From NCBI GenBank assembly GCA_049472315.1, contig JBLIRN010000011.1, forward strand, positions 14,186 through 78,185: a DNA stretch of 64,000 nucleotides, written 5' to 3'. Below are positions 61,961-64,000 of the stretch, piece by piece (within the stretch, counting starts at the first letter, position 1; every line of letters begins with the position of its first letter). The notes below the pieces were generated by a model, which saw only the letters and a program-made list of their open reading frames with translations, did not search any database and had not been told where the DNA came from. The stretch is from a bacterium (GTDB taxonomy: Bacteria > SZUA-182 > DTGQ01 > JAFGSM01). The position numbers and the translations under genes are program-made.

Positions 61961-62413
61961 CTATATTGCCTCGCTTTCCCTGCTGTTGTTCATATGATCG
62001 ATAATGCTCTTCACCTTCTGGGGGCCCAGGAATTCACCATAGTGTTTTTCAACACAATCCGGACACAATCCATGGGAAAATTCCGCGTGCGAGTGATCGC
62101 CGATAAATTGTTCAATGGCCAGCCAATCCCCGTTTGATCTGATGCGCTTGCAGAAGACACACATGTGCAGGAGCCCCTCCAGGTACTTTATCTTTCTCAG
62201 CAGACGCAGGGTCACCACCACAAGGATGGTCACCAAAAAGGCGATGATAACCGTCTCCAATATACTTTCGGTTACGTTCACCGGGGTTGGTGTGCTGCCA
62301 AATAAAAGATGAGGAAGATCAAGGAGTTCGTCAATCCATAGAAAAACGATTACAAGAAGTGCTCCTACGATCTCGATCATGGGAATCTTAATCGAAAAGT
62401 CCGTTTTCTGCAT
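61961..62413 (-). CDS. Two-TM membrane protein with a C-terminal Cys/His metal-binding motif
   Basis: L.GLL..C..CK.IR...G.W...E.......FSHG.CP.C. Confidence 0.75.
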   Translation of the reverse strand: MQKTDFSIKIPMIEIVGALLVIVFLWIDELLDLPHLLFGSTPTPVNVTESILETVIIAFLVTILVVVTLRLLRKIKYLEGLLHMCVFCKRIRSNGDWLAIEQFIGDHSHAEFSHGLCPDCVEKHYGEFLGPQKVKSIIDHMNNSRESEAI

Positions 62414-63266
62414 GTGCTGATCCGTCCAGATTAAAGTTAAAAGAGCTTTGCTACAGGAAAGGTTCGCTTTGAATTCGAGAAAATCTCAGGAAACCTCCTC
62501 GCGGTTTGAGGATAGGGAAGGTTTATTACCTTACCACCAAAATGCATACACAATATTTTACAAATTTTTTATCCAAAAATCAATTAGCTCTCTTCTGGCT
62601 GTCTCTGTGGGCTCTCTTCGGGCATCCTTTGACCGAGCTTTTCCTTGTAACATATTAGGGCATGGTGACATGCTTGATCCCTAATGCCGCTTATGATGTT
62701 TTTCATGAGGGATTTGACGAATATTTTTTGATGGATGGATGATAATCTGCACACGTGGTGCAGGGGTATAGACAGTCCGTATTTTTTGGTATATAATATA
62801 ATTGTCATCGAAAAGGTTTAAATCTCCATTATATATCCCAAGATCGATTGTTCACGAGTCACCTTCTTGTATTGTAGCACGAAAGAGGAAACAAAAAGTC
62901 CAAATTTAATAATAAGTTATATTTGGTGGCGGTTTTTTTTGCTCAGAAATGTGCGTTAAGTATAAATTGAACCATCAAATGGGTTGAAATTTTGTTAAAA
63001 TTTTATTATCATAATATATATGCAGTAGTTCTATAATGAGCAATCAATCCTAGTTTCATATATATTTTTCATTAAATTTCAATTAATTAAGGGGGTGAGA
63101 TTCCAGCTTTAAGTCCTAAGTTTGATGCAAGTTCAGAAGTACCTGGATCTGTATGGCACAATCCTCTGACAGATCCAAAAAAATGTGCATATTGGAGGTG
63201 ATAACCACTAATTAAATGCTTTTCTAGGTTTTATGTCATAGCATAACCAAAACTTATGAGGGAGAG

Positions 63267-63665
63267 ATGGCTATGGATAATTCCAGATTTGTGAAAATGT
63301 GGGTACTTGTGGCTGTCCTGGCAATCGGGGTGATGCTCCTCGCGGGACCAATGGCTGAGGCTCAGATCTTCCCCACATCGTACTACTATACGAGCCCGCT
63401 TTATTACTCAGGCTACGGCTACTTCAACACGATCAATGGGTACCTGCTCGGCTTTGCCCCGTTCACCCCGTTCCTGACCCCAAGTGTGGCCTCGACGTAC
63501 AATACCCTCGGTATTCCGACCTATCCGTACTTCGGGTCCCCATATCAGACGACGTTCCCCTACACCACCTTGCCGGGTACACCGATTCCCTATGCGCGGT
63601 TCGATTATCCGACCTATGCGTACGGTGATCCAAGTTTCTACTTAGCGTGGACACTTTTGCAATAG
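63267..63665 (+). CDS. Small exported Tyr/Pro/Thr-rich protein
   Basis: GAGGGAG RBS, signal peptide AEA-Q, nearly uncharged low-complexity mature part. Confidence 0.75.
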   Translation: MAMDNSRFVKMWVLVAVLAIGVMLLAGPMAEAQIFPTSYYYTSPLYYSGYGYFNTINGYLLGFAPFTPFLTPSVASTYNTLGIPTYPYFGSPYQTTFPYTTLPGTPIPYARFDYPTYAYGDPSFYLAWTLLQ

Positions 63666-63703
63666 TTGAATACGGTCATCCTTAAAAAGCGAGGTGCATA
63701 GAT

Positions 63704-64000
63704 ATGAAACATACAATGAAGACCTTAATGGTTTGCCTGGTTGTGACCTTGGCGTTTGTGATGGTCAGATCGCAAGCCTGCGCCCAGGTGGGCTTCGGTT
63801 TCCCGCCGCTGTGGGATTTTCCGTCATTCTCGAGTCAACCGCTCCAGGTGCCGACCTGGGAAGATCCCTTCAAGGGTGAAGGGGACATCCTGGTCGACAA
63901 CTTCGAGTACTGGGACAGCCCATACAATCACGGCTGGAGGCAGTCCGAGCCGGCCTACCCGGTCTATGGGTTCGGTATGGGCTACGCCACCATTTTCAAC
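63704..64000 (+). CDS. KPWWSY family paralogue 4, N-terminal 99 aa (runs off the window; not in the ORF track)
   Basis: GAGGTG RBS; MKHTMK...ACA-QVGFGFPP...EGDILVDNFEYWDSPYNHGW...YPVYGFGMGYATIFN matches the start of paralogue 3. Confidence 0.88.
   Translation, partial: MKHTMKTLMVCLVVTLAFVMVRSQACAQVGFGFPPLWDFPSFSSQPLQVPTWEDPFKGEGDILVDNFEYWDSPYNHGWRQSEPAYPVYGFGMGYATIFN

Noticed and set aside
63154..63170. sigma-54 promoter upstream of 63267
   Set aside because: TGGCAC is present but there is no TTGC at -12; it lies inside a hairpin loop

Overview
A 64 kb window from a moderately GC-rich diderm bacterium with deltaproteobacteria-like gene content; taxonomy cannot be fixed from sequence alone. 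Housekeeping content: a split glycine-cleavage/lipoate locus (gcvT-glyA fusion divergent from gcvH-gcvPA-gcvPB-flavoprotein-lipB-lipA), an ABC exporter, a YgiQ-type radical SAM enzyme, a GAF sigma-54 activator, wzi/SLBB-export/wzz genes, a rhomboid-TPR protein, prmA, a PilZ protein, a MoxR ATPase and a UvrD helicase. Accessory content: a vapBC module, and a decayed integron (intI with a nonsense codon and an internal deletion, a duplicated attI-like site, a toxin-antitoxin pair and an eroded run of cassette-like genes). Most unusual is a set of uncharacterised exported proteins: four paralogues of a ~780 aa family (the three complete ones end in invariant VKPWWSY), two Gly/Tyr-rich paralogues, small Tyr/Pro-rich proteins and a large FN3 lipoprotein. 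Several of these are rich in a DPN tripeptide or sit behind sigma-54 promoters. Also notable: a candidate sigma-54-driven structured sRNA, a CoA-disulfide-reductase-like gene in the position of the L-protein, a palindromic in-frame insertion in the polysaccharide export gene, and a REP/MITE-like element that supplies the stop codons of lipB and prmA. No rRNA, tRNA or CRISPR array was recognised. All calls are by eye; no searches were run.
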